The translations under genes were made by a program, and so were the position numbers. Of a stretch of DNA of 39,932 nucleotides, positions 7,713 through 15,149 are shown piece by piece. How positions within the stretch are numbered: position 1 is the first letter of the stretch; each line of letters opens with the position of its first letter. This stretch comes from Acidimicrobiaceae bacterium (GTDB lineage Bacteria; Actinomycetota; Acidimicrobiia; Acidimicrobiales; Bog-793): positions 1-39,932 of the forward strand of contig JAODBN010000394.1 in NCBI GenBank assembly GCA_025463965.1, read 5' to 3'. Below the pieces are notes generated by a model. The model was not told the origin of the DNA. It saw only the letters and a list, made by a program, of their open reading frames with translations, and searched no databases.

Positions 7713-9625
7713 GGCCCCGCTCCCTCCTCGCGCTCGGCTCGCTCACCCTCGCCGGGACCGTCGCGCTCGCCGGCGCCGCCGTCGCCGGATCCCGCACACC
7801 CCCCACGAAGCGCTCCGGCACGACCTCGACGTCGAGCACCACGACGACGTCGCCCGGTGGCTCGACCACCACGACTGTCCCCTCGGGGCCGATCAAGCTG
7901 AAAAAGGGCGGGACCGTCGTCGTCGCGGTCCCGAGCCTGCCCACCCAGTTCAACCCCAGCACGCCGGCGGGATCCAACGCCGCGACGGCGATGGTCACCG
8001 CGCAGATCTGGCCCTCTCCGTTCGTGGTCGGCCCGAACAACGCCGAGCTGCCGTCGGTCGAGCTCGACTCGGCGGAGCTCGTCGGGGTCAAGCCCGAGAC
8101 GGTCGTCTACACGATCAACAAGGCGGCGGTGTGGTCCGACGGGGTGCCGATCAGCGCGGCGGACTTCATCGAGCAGTGGCACGAGGAGCTCGCCGTCGGC
8201 GCACAGCTCCCGGCCAACACGCCGGTCGCCGGATACCGCGACATCGCCTCGATGAAGAGCTCGTCCAAGGGCAAGGTGGTGACGGTCGTGTTCACCAAGC
8301 CCTACGCGGACTGGGAGGCCCTGTTCTCCGGTCTCATGCCGGCGCACGTCGTCGCCCGCTACGGGTGGGAAAGCGCCTTCGCCGGCGCCGATCCGGCGCA
8401 CCTCGTGTCGGGCGGCCCCTACGAGGTGACCGCCGTCGTGCCCGGCAAGGAGGTCGTGCTCGGTCGCAACCCGCACTATTGGGGCCAGTCCCCGACGCTC
8501 GATCGCATCGTGTTCCTGGTGGTCCATGGTGCGTCGAAGATCATCGCCGGGCTCCAGCACGGCCAGATCCAGGTGGCGGCGCTCGCGCCGAGCCGCACCC
8601 TCGACGAGGCCATCTGGGGCGTCAACACGCTCGGTGACGAGGTCGTCCAGTCCCCGATGCAGTGGCAGCTCGACTTCAACCTGAACGACCCGACACTCTC
8701 CTCGCTGGTGCTTCGCCAGGCGCTCGTCGAGGCGATCAGCCGCACCGAGCTCGCCGCGGACTCGGTCGACTTCGAGAACGGGAACAACCCGCTGTCGGGC
8801 AACCGGCTCTTCACCATCGGGGCGCCTGGCAGCCAAGGCAACGCCGGCGGCTATCCCGCCGTGGACGACACCCTCTCCGCCAAGGTGCTCGCTCTCGCTG
8901 GCTACCGCCTCGGACCCGACGGGCTCGTGCACCGAAGCGACGGCACCGCGCTCGTGCTCCAGCTGGTGGGGCCCACCGGGAGCCTCCTCGTGCGCCAGGT
9001 CGAACAGCAGCTCCAGGCCCAGTTCCAAGACGTCGGGGTGACCCTCCAGGTGAAGAACGTCCCGGCGGGCGAGCTCCTCTCGAGCACGCTTCCCTCCGGC
9101 GCCTACCAGCTGGCGCTGGCGCCCTATCTGCTCTCCCCCTATCCGGCGGAGAACGCCTCGTTCTACGAGAGCCCGGTGGCTCCCGTTGCCTCCACCCCCT
9201 TCGAGGCGAAGAGCTCAAGCTCGGGCGTGGAGACGGCCACCCTGCTCAAGCCGTTGGCGCCGGGCTCGGGAACCGAGCCTTCGGCGGTCCAGGCGGGGAC
9301 GGTGACCCGGGACGTCACCGGCTATCAGGACCCCGCGGTATCGGCGCTGTTCGACCAGGCCGAGCAGCAGCTCAACCCGCTCTCGATGGAGAGCCTCTAC
9401 AACCAGGCCGACTCCCAGCTCTGGCTGGACCTTCCGACCCTGCCGCTGTTCCAGGTCCCCGTCGAGCTCGTGAAGTCGAACCTTTTGGTGAACGTGCATG
9501 AGTCCTCGACGCTGGCCGGCCCGCTGTACAACGCGCAGAACTGGGCGATCCAGCTCCCGCCACCACCGACCACCACGACGACGACATCCACGACGACGAG
9601 CACGACGCTCGCCAAGAAGGGATAG
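7703..9625 (+). CDS. ABC transporter substrate-binding protein, family 5 (peptide/nickel type), with Thr/Ser-rich N- and C-terminal linkers
   Basis: ORF 7703..9625. Hydrophobic signal/anchor (LLALGSLTLAGTVALAGAAVAG, no lipobox Cys), a poly-Thr/Ser tract, then a ~550-aa domain resembling SBP_bac_5 proteins. The C-terminus is PPPPTTTTTTSTTTSTT. The family call comes from overall sequence character, not a search. Confidence 0.7.
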   Translation: MGLRPRSLLALGSLTLAGTVALAGAAVAGSRTPPTKRSGTTSTSSTTTTSPGGSTTTTVPSGPIKLKKGGTVVVAVPSLPTQFNPSTPAGSNAATAMVTAQIWPSPFVVGPNNAELPSVELDSAELVGVKPETVVYTINKAAVWSDGVPISAADFIEQWHEELAVGAQLPANTPVAGYRDIASMKSSSKGKVVTVVFTKPYADWEALFSGLMPAHVVARYGWESAFAGADPAHLVSGGPYEVTAVVPGKEVVLGRNPHYWGQSPTLDRIVFLVVHGASKIIAGLQHGQIQVAALAPSRTLDEAIWGVNTLGDEVVQSPMQWQLDFNLNDPTLSSLVLRQALVEAISRTELAADSVDFENGNNPLSGNRLFTIGAPGSQGNAGGYPAVDDTLSAKVLALAGYRLGPDGLVHRSDGTALVLQLVGPTGSLLVRQVEQQLQAQFQDVGVTLQVKNVPAGELLSSTLPSGAYQLALAPYLLSPYPAENASFYESPVAPVASTPFEAKSSSSGVETATLLKPLAPGSGTEPSAVQAGTVTRDVTGYQDPAVSALFDQAEQQLNPLSMESLYNQADSQLWLDLPTLPLFQVPVELVKSNLLVNVHESSTLAGPLYNAQNWAIQLPPPPTTTTTTSTTTSTTLAKKG

Positions 9626-9776
9626 GACCGGCCGAGACTGGTCGGAGGGCCTCCAGTGGCTCTACTCGCCGGGCCGTTCGAGGGCTGGTGCGGGCCGCGC
9701 CCTTCTGGAGCCCGCGAGTGGCCGCGCTAACATGCTCGCTGCTCCAGGAACGGCTCCGGCCGCCCCGGGAGGCCAC

Positions 9777-9860
9777 GTCGGAGTGGCGGAATAGGTAGAC
9801 GCGCTAGCTTGAGGGGCTAGTGCCCGAAAGGGCGTGGGGGTTCAAGTCCCCCCTCCGACA
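9777..9860 (+). tRNA. tRNA-Leu (anticodon GAG), class II with long variable arm; CCA not encoded
   Basis: Acceptor GTCGGAG (9777-9783) pairs with CTCCGAC (9853-9859); discriminator A at 9860. Anticodon stem CTAGC/GCTAG with loop TTGAGGG gives anticodon GAG. Long variable arm TGCCCGAAAGGGCG. T-arm GGGGG-TTCAAGT-CCCCC. Confidence 0.9.
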
Positions 9861-9861
9861 C
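9843..9861 (+). repeat. attL-like direct repeat (CAAGTCCCCCCTCCGACAC), inside the tRNA-Leu 3' end
   Basis: This exact 19-mer recurs at 15125..15143. Confidence 0.85.
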
Positions 9862-9869
9862 GAATGTCC

Positions 9870-9904
9870 TGTCGCGAGACAGCGTTCACACCTGTCTCGC
9901 GACA
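9870..9904. repeat. 13-bp inverted repeat (TGTCGCGAGACAG / CTGTCTCGCGACA, 9-nt spacer) beside attL; probable IS end or terminator
   Basis: Read directly from the sequence. GTTCACAC is also directly repeated at 9884-9891 and 9907-9914. The repeat lies just 3' of the transposase-fragment stop (minus strand). Confidence 0.6.
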
Positions 9905-9908
9905 CAGT

Positions 9909-10181
9909 TCACACCACCAGCGGTTGATAGTCACGCGAGAGGTCAAGCGCCAGCTCGCGTAGGCATTCGCCGTCCTCGGTGATCACCCGGACGTGCAGAT
10001 CGTGGACGAGCAGGATCACCCGCTGTCCCGCGAACGCCCTTCCGATGTCAATGTGGTGAAGCTGGCTGCCCACACGCAGCGTCACCTTGCCCGTCGTCCC
10101 GACGACATCGCGCCGGGTTCGGAAGTGACTGATCGGGATCGGTTCGTCTGACGGCTGCGCCGCAAAGGCTTTGGCTAAGAC
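9909..10181 (-). pseudogene. C-terminal fragment (~90 codons) of an IS481-family (DDE, rve-type) transposase
   Basis: Manual minus-strand translation: ...AQPSDEPIPISHFRTRRDVVGTTGKVTLRVGSQLHHIDIGRAFAGQRVILLVHDLHVRVITEDGECLRELALDLSRDYQPLVV*. This matches from memory the conserved C-terminal tail of actinobacterial IS481-type transposases (...GxVTLRxxGRLHHIGIGRxxAGxxVxLLVxDLxVRVIxxxTGELLRELTLDPxRDYQP). There is no start codon, and an in-frame TAG lies at 10182-10184. Confidence 0.6.
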
Positions 10182-10202
10182 CTACCCGCCGTTGCTCACG
10201 AA

Positions 10203-11954
10203 CTAGGAATCGCCGCCTTCCGCCCCACCTGACTGGGTGGATTCGGACTCGGTTTCCGGCGGCTGGCTTTCTGGGAGCGGCCCTCCGGACTCGACAACCT
10301 TGTTGCCTTCGAAGCTGACCCGGACGCGGCCGCCGGAGAGCTGCTCCACGCCGAGGATGCGGGCATCGGCGCATCGAAGCAAGCAGGAGCCAACGAGGAC
10401 TTCGTTGCCGCCATTGGACACGGTAAGTGGTTCGGTGCGCTGGAAGCCGCCGTCGCCCTCGATGCACTCGCGCAGTGCAGGAAGCTCCTCCTCGCTCCCC
10501 TCGGACGCCCCCGTCCAGTGCTCCTCGAATTCGTAGGTCTCCCCGCGAAGTAGCGCGATGGCGCGGCGCACTGACTGCCGTTCTTCATCAGATTCCGGGA
10601 ATACGAGCGGCGTTGTCGTGAACTTCTGCAACTGCTCCAGAAGGTCGAGGTGCCAGAGCCCGGACTCCCAGTTCGATAATGGCGGCTCACCCAACGGCAG
10701 TTCGGCCTGCGTCATCACGTTGAATGTGCTGCGCAGTCGGAATCTCAGCAAGTGAGGTCGCCGGATGTTCGCCACCAGTCGGTACCCGGGGCCGACAGTC
10801 GCGACGGGAGCGCCGGGAACGCGCTCGAGCTGCAGCGAATACTCGAGCCTCAGTCGGCCATGGACCGGGAATTCCAGTCGAAGCTCAAGATGAAGGTGTC
10901 CTGTTGACTCCGAGGCGCGCAGCTCCAGACCCTTCTGCCCCTTGCTGAGCGTTGCGATTGGGAGGAGTGCTGAGCCGATCGCCGTCCCGTCTTCTGCGAT
11001 GACTTCGATGTCAGCCCACAGAGGAATGTCGGGCTGCGTTGCAGGCGCGTGGACTTGGATCTGCCAAGCGCTCCTCTCGCTTGTTGAACCAAGGCCACCG
11101 GGAACGTTGAACGCGACGGCGTGGACAGCCTCTGGAGGGATTTCGAAGGCAGTCCCGTAGTCCTGATGGGCCTGGAATGCGTCGCGCAGGTCTACCCCCG
11201 CTTCCTGGTCGAGCACCGCGAACGTGAAGTTCCCGCCGATGGGACGGTCGAGGACTGCCTGAGGGAATCTCGCGTAGACGTCGACGGTCACAAAGGACCC
11301 GTTCTCGACCGGCATCGTGGTGGTCATCACCGCCTGTGGATCCACTGATGGGCGCGCTGACGTGACGCGTAGGTCGTAGCGGTAGTACGGGTCGGTGCGG
11401 TTGAGCTCCTGATGCAGATCGCCAAGGGATGTGACCACATCGACCGGCCGCACGGGGTCTGTTGGTCGTCCGAGTAGTTGTGCGAGGGTGCGAACCTTCG
11501 CCTCGAGTTCCGCCTTGCCGTTCTCGAGGAAGTAGCTAATGACGAACCAGTATTTGGAGGCCTCCGAGTGCCAGAACGTGAGGCCACGCCAGTCGCAGGC
11601 AAAGCCTGCATCGGCCGTCAGCTCGTTGAACCACTCGTCGTCTCCACTCGTCGGGTTGAGGGGGATCACGAGTGACCACTGAACGACTGGTCCATCGAGC
11701 CTCGGGTTGATCTTCACCCGCTCGAGCGACTCGGCGATCTTGGCCTTGTCGTTCGCCGATAGTGACTCAGTGAACCGCTTGATCTGGAAGACGTGATAGT
11801 CGCCTGCGACCGGTTCGTAGACGTCCACACCGCCGTCACCCTGCGACGGGCGGCGATGTTGGGCAGTGGGCCGCTCCTGGAGGAGGAGCACCGCCATCAC
11901 ATCCTCGATGAGCTCACCTGGATAGCTGCCCCAGTGCACAGGACCGACTGTCAT
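10203..11954 (-). CDS. Mrr-type PD-(D/E)xK restriction-endonuclease-like domain fused to a ~430-aa uncharacterised C-terminal region
   Basis: ORF 10203..11954 (583 aa). The N-terminus ELIEDVMAVLLL...SQGDGGVDVYEP...YHVFQIKRF mirrors the Mrr_cat pattern (FE..v..LL...GDGGIDG...IQAKRW). No P-loop or other recognisable motif in the rest. Acidic Ser/Glu-rich C-terminal tail. Confidence 0.65.
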   Translation of the reverse strand: MTVGPVHWGSYPGELIEDVMAVLLLQERPTAQHRRPSQGDGGVDVYEPVAGDYHVFQIKRFTESLSANDKAKIAESLERVKINPRLDGPVVQWSLVIPLNPTSGDDEWFNELTADAGFACDWRGLTFWHSEASKYWFVISYFLENGKAELEAKVRTLAQLLGRPTDPVRPVDVVTSLGDLHQELNRTDPYYRYDLRVTSARPSVDPQAVMTTTMPVENGSFVTVDVYARFPQAVLDRPIGGNFTFAVLDQEAGVDLRDAFQAHQDYGTAFEIPPEAVHAVAFNVPGGLGSTSERSAWQIQVHAPATQPDIPLWADIEVIAEDGTAIGSALLPIATLSKGQKGLELRASESTGHLHLELRLEFPVHGRLRLEYSLQLERVPGAPVATVGPGYRLVANIRRPHLLRFRLRSTFNVMTQAELPLGEPPLSNWESGLWHLDLLEQLQKFTTTPLVFPESDEERQSVRRAIALLRGETYEFEEHWTGASEGSEEELPALRECIEGDGGFQRTEPLTVSNGGNEVLVGSCLLRCADARILGVEQLSGGRVRVSFEGNKVVESGGPLPESQPPETESESTQSGGAEGGDS

Positions 11955-12020
11955 AGGGACAAGGATGCCCGAGCGGTGAGACAGTCGGCAGGTGCTTCAC
12001 GATGACGAAGGGCGGCGGCG

Positions 12021-12725
12021 ATGGCCTACTGGACCAACTCGGAAGTGTTGGAGGCAGTCAACCAGGAGATTGAAGCCCACACCGCCGCGTGGGTGTTAGA
12101 AGAGCAGCCCATTGGGTGGGACGAGGTTCGATGGCGCAAGTCATGGTCCAAGTACGAGATGCCTGCCGACGCCCCAATCCTCGACGCTCTTGCCCTCGAG
12201 CTGGTGCAGTACGGGCTCATCCGTCGCAGCTTCGTCTTTGCTCACGCCCACGAGGACCCGACCGACCTCGTTACGGCCGTCATGGCTTGGGGTTCGGGCG
12301 ACGAGGACAACCGCGGTGCCTGGCGGGCCGCCGAGGCAATTGGTGGCCCCGTAGACGATGTCTTCGCAGACGTGACGGCGGCACTCGGCCAAGGGCAGGG
12401 CGCAATCACGGAAGCGTTCCGGGCCCTTTTCCACAACGGACAAGCCCGGCTACCTCGCTGCAACGTGTCCTACGGGACGAAGGTCCTGCACTTCTTCGCT
12501 TACCAGGGCCAAGTACGACCTCGGCCGCTGATTTACGACCTGCGTGTGGCGAACGCCCTCGCACGCATGCCCTCCGCTCCTTACGTTCCCCACCAGGGCA
12601 GTGTCATCCGGGGCGACCAGTACGAGCGGTACTGCTCCTGGGCTGAGGCCTACGCCGAGGACAAGAAGACTGAGCCGATAGTCGTCGAATACGCGCTGTT
12701 CGCGGTTGGAGGACGATTGACCTGA
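12021..12725 (+). CDS. OGG-fold (HhH-GPD superfamily) DNA-glycosylase-like protein
   Basis: ORF 12021..12725 (234 aa). The segment LPRCNVSYGTKVLHFFAYQGQVRPRPLIYDLRVANAL parallels hOGG1 [30 protein letters not shown]. The GTK lysine (K154, nt 12480-12482) and an Asp exactly 19 residues later (D173, nt 12537-12539) match the K249/D268 spacing. The upstream MAWGSGDEDNRGAWR resembles the WG.G..G.GP.R signature of proteins annotated as '8-oxoguanine DNA glycosylase OGG fold protein'. Confidence 0.6.
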   Translation: MAYWTNSEVLEAVNQEIEAHTAAWVLEEQPIGWDEVRWRKSWSKYEMPADAPILDALALELVQYGLIRRSFVFAHAHEDPTDLVTAVMAWGSGDEDNRGAWRAAEAIGGPVDDVFADVTAALGQGQGAITEAFRALFHNGQARLPRCNVSYGTKVLHFFAYQGQVRPRPLIYDLRVANALARMPSAPYVPHQGSVIRGDQYERYCSWAEAYAEDKKTEPIVVEYALFAVGGRLT

Positions 12726-12762
12726 CCAGGCCCCGTGACACCCCTCTGGCATCCTCGTACTC

Positions 12763-13815
12763 GTGGATGCACGGTGGGATGCCGCCAAGACGGTCTGGGG
12801 CGCCGTCCTCGGCCCGGTCGTCAAGGGCACGCTGCCCTACAACGACCTCCGGCAACGGCGTCAGGTACGGCGCGAGACTCGACGCCTGATCACGTGTGAA
12901 CCCTGGCGGGGGAACGATGCAACACCTATCCAGCTTGCGCAGCTTGCCCTCGCGCGCTCGTTGGCCCTGCAGACGAACACACGCCGCGCAGTACGTCATG
13001 GCGAAGCGGTAGCGCTGCTGGCCAGATCTGCGCTCGAGACCTGCTTCGTCGGCCTCTATTGCCTCTATGGCGATGACCCCCTGACCGCGATGCGCGGTGG
13101 TAACGCCAAGGCGCTGCGCAGGATGCTCGTGAACCTAGGGCACGAGGACATCATCACCGAAGACGTCCTGAAGGCGATCGAGGCGGACATAGGGGGTGAC
13201 GGCAAGCTCCCCGACGCACGGAAGATGGCGGAATCCATCTCGGCTGGACTCAACGACGCCCCGTTCCCGCTCAACCTCTACTGGCGGGTGTACGTGCCCC
13301 TGTCGGAGTTCTTCGCCCACGCGAATGGGATGTCGCTGATGCGCCACGTAGGCGACAAGGGAGTGCTCCTTGAAAAGGCGGCGTACCCTTGGGCTCGCTG
13401 GTCAGCCGTCCATACAGCAGATGGCTGTGTTGGGCTTCTCGCCGCCGCGATCGCGCACAAGGACGGGCACCCCAACGAACTATTCGGCAGCTACGCCGAT
13501 CACCATCTGCTGCGGTCACTCGCTCCACTGGCAGTTGTGAGCGGCAAGGGCATGTTCCGATCGCTCGGACCGCGACGACTGTTGGCGCTTGTCAAGGGTG
13601 TCGTGGACCTGCGCGCCTACAAGGCTTCCGGTCGCGCCGAGGCCGACAGCTTCGATGACCGGGTGGCATATCTCCGCTCTTGGTTCGAGCGTCACGTCGG
13701 CAACTTCGACGACATCTCCGAGGAGATCTGGGATATCTACGTCGAGCGGGTCGTGACAGTGCTCGCCACGAACGAGCCGGCTTCGGACCCCCCGTCTCCA
13801 GGAACATCCGCTTAG
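12763..13815 (+). CDS. Hypothetical protein (predicted mostly helical), co-directional partner of the OGG-fold gene
   Basis: ORF 12763..13815 (350 aa). The GTG start lies 38 nt after the upstream stop. No family is confidently recognised. There is a weak resemblance to DUF5677/AbiV-like helical proteins (LLARSALETCFVGLYCLYGDDP; YVPLSEFFAHANGMSL) and an R-x4-H string (RRAVRH). Coding status is supported by length and an island-typical context only. Confidence 0.5.
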   Translation: MDARWDAAKTVWGAVLGPVVKGTLPYNDLRQRRQVRRETRRLITCEPWRGNDATPIQLAQLALARSLALQTNTRRAVRHGEAVALLARSALETCFVGLYCLYGDDPLTAMRGGNAKALRRMLVNLGHEDIITEDVLKAIEADIGGDGKLPDARKMAESISAGLNDAPFPLNLYWRVYVPLSEFFAHANGMSLMRHVGDKGVLLEKAAYPWARWSAVHTADGCVGLLAAAIAHKDGHPNELFGSYADHHLLRSLAPLAVVSGKGMFRSLGPRRLLALVKGVVDLRAYKASGRAEADSFDDRVAYLRSWFERHVGNFDDISEEIWDIYVERVVTVLATNEPASDPPSPGTSA

Positions 13816-13979
13816 GTCTGCGCCAATGTCCGCTCGGTGACCAGAGCTGGGCAGCTCACGGCGAGCCGCCTTTGACACCTGGCTCGAGCAAGTGGCCAGA
13901 CCAAGTAGCGCCTGCGGCTGCGCCTCGAACCCAGGCGCTGAGCTGGGTAACAACGGCTCTCTGGTGCCGGCTTTACCAC

Positions 13980-15044
13980 CTAGGTCGGGTCCGGGAAATC
14001 GGCCCAGTTGATTTGATGACCTCCAGGCGACATCGGGTGCGGCTCGTCAGGGTGCTCGGCCGCGTACTCCGCCATCACCTTCAGGCGGTGCTGAAGCCGT
14101 CGGACGTGGGCGGTCTCGTACGTCACCGACTGCGGCATCGGGAGCGATGCTCTGGGCCCCAGGAGCTCGGCGAGCGAGTCGTCAGGATGGTGATAGAGCC
14201 AGCGCGTGGCGTTCTCCGCCATCATCCGGCTAACCGCCCGCGCACTCGTCGTCGTCCCGTGGATCTCCCGGCCGTTGGGCACGTCCCAGTCTGGGTCGAC
14301 CCGGTTCCTGAGTAGGAGACAGCACGAGCGAGAGACCGGGAAATAGATGACCTGGGCGTTTGCCATGCCCACGCCGTAGATCTGCGGCATCTCGGGATTC
14401 GCAGCGAGGATTATCGGCGAGTCTGAAGTGAGGAGATGCCGGCGATCCCACCGCATGACGTGCCAGCTGTAGGTCATGGTGAACGGCTCCAAGAACTCGT
14501 CGAGCAACTTGAACGAGTCGACTAGGTGAGCTTCGCTCTGGCGCGAGACGTTCCAGTTGAGGTCCCCCACCGAAACCCAGGCCTCGGTCACCTCCTCTTC
14601 GGTCGGCGGACGTCCCAGGTGGTTCTCGAGGGACCTCCGCATCCCCATAGGTCCTTCGGCCGCGACAGTCAGCTTCATAAGGAGGTCGGCGAGTGCGTCC
14701 CCCTCGTCCCTACGGGTCGGGACTCGCAGCAGTTGGAATAGCACGAGCCGGGCAACGACCTCTAGTTCGTCCTCCTCCATCCATCCACCGCGGGCGATGC
14801 GAGCAATCACTGCACCGGCGGGTCCCTCGACACGGTTGGCGATGGCGACCTCCGCCTCATCCGAGAGGCTCCCGTTCTTGAGCTCGATGGTGTTGTAGTC
14901 GTTTTCGGCCGCAGCGTCGTCGATCGACCGCGGGAACGACCTGCCGTCCGCCCGGAGGTCGACCACTTGGATGACGCCAACCTTGGCGAACTCCCGAAGG
15001 ACGAGCTTCGACACGAAGTGGTGGCGGACTCGTCGCTCGGCCAT
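13980..15044 (-). CDS. DUF4238 family protein
   Basis: ORF 13980..15044 (354 aa). The N-terminal RHHFVSKLVLREFA matches the hallmark HY(V/I)PQFYL(K/R)xF opening of DUF4238. Size is typical of that family, which includes a single-gene anti-phage system (Rst_DUF4238). Confidence 0.6.
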   Translation of the reverse strand: MAERRVRHHFVSKLVLREFAKVGVIQVVDLRADGRSFPRSIDDAAAENDYNTIELKNGSLSDEAEVAIANRVEGPAGAVIARIARGGWMEEDELEVVARLVLFQLLRVPTRRDEGDALADLLMKLTVAAEGPMGMRRSLENHLGRPPTEEEVTEAWVSVGDLNWNVSRQSEAHLVDSFKLLDEFLEPFTMTYSWHVMRWDRRHLLTSDSPIILAANPEMPQIYGVGMANAQVIYFPVSRSCCLLLRNRVDPDWDVPNGREIHGTTTSARAVSRMMAENATRWLYHHPDDSLAELLGPRASLPMPQSVTYETAHVRRLQHRLKVMAEYAAEHPDEPHPMSPGGHQINWADFPDPT

Positions 15045-15124
15045 AGCGTGATCTTCGCAGCACCCCCGTCACCCGCGAAGTCAAGCGAACTAACTCCCAC
15101 GTGATCCCGCGGGTCGCAGGCGGC

Positions 15125-15143
15125 CAAGTCCCCCCTCCGACAC
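15125..15143 (+). repeat. attR-like direct repeat = displaced original 3' end of tRNA-Leu (followed by CCA)
   Basis: CAAGTCCCCCCTCCGACAC is identical to 9843..9861. Here it continues ...ACACCA, an encoded CCA, whereas the functional tRNA copy continues ...ACACGA. Confidence 0.85.
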
Positions 15144-15149
15144 CATATA

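Larger units (their letters stand above)
9862..15143. mobile_element. tRNA-Leu-integrated genomic island (~5.3 kb) carrying four accessory, defence-like genes and an IS remnant
   Basis: Bounded by the perfect 19-bp direct repeat of the tRNA 3' end. The distal copy retains CCA plus a terminator hairpin, i.e. it is the displaced original tRNA end. Gene content is unrelated to the flanking housekeeping or catabolic genes. Confidence 0.75.

Noticed and set aside
12763-13815. Calling the island's third gene a HEPN/AbiV or DUF5677 protein
   Set aside because: The resemblance rests on a single R-x4-H string and vague helical-repeat similarity recalled from memory. That is not enough for a family call, so the gene is listed as hypothetical.
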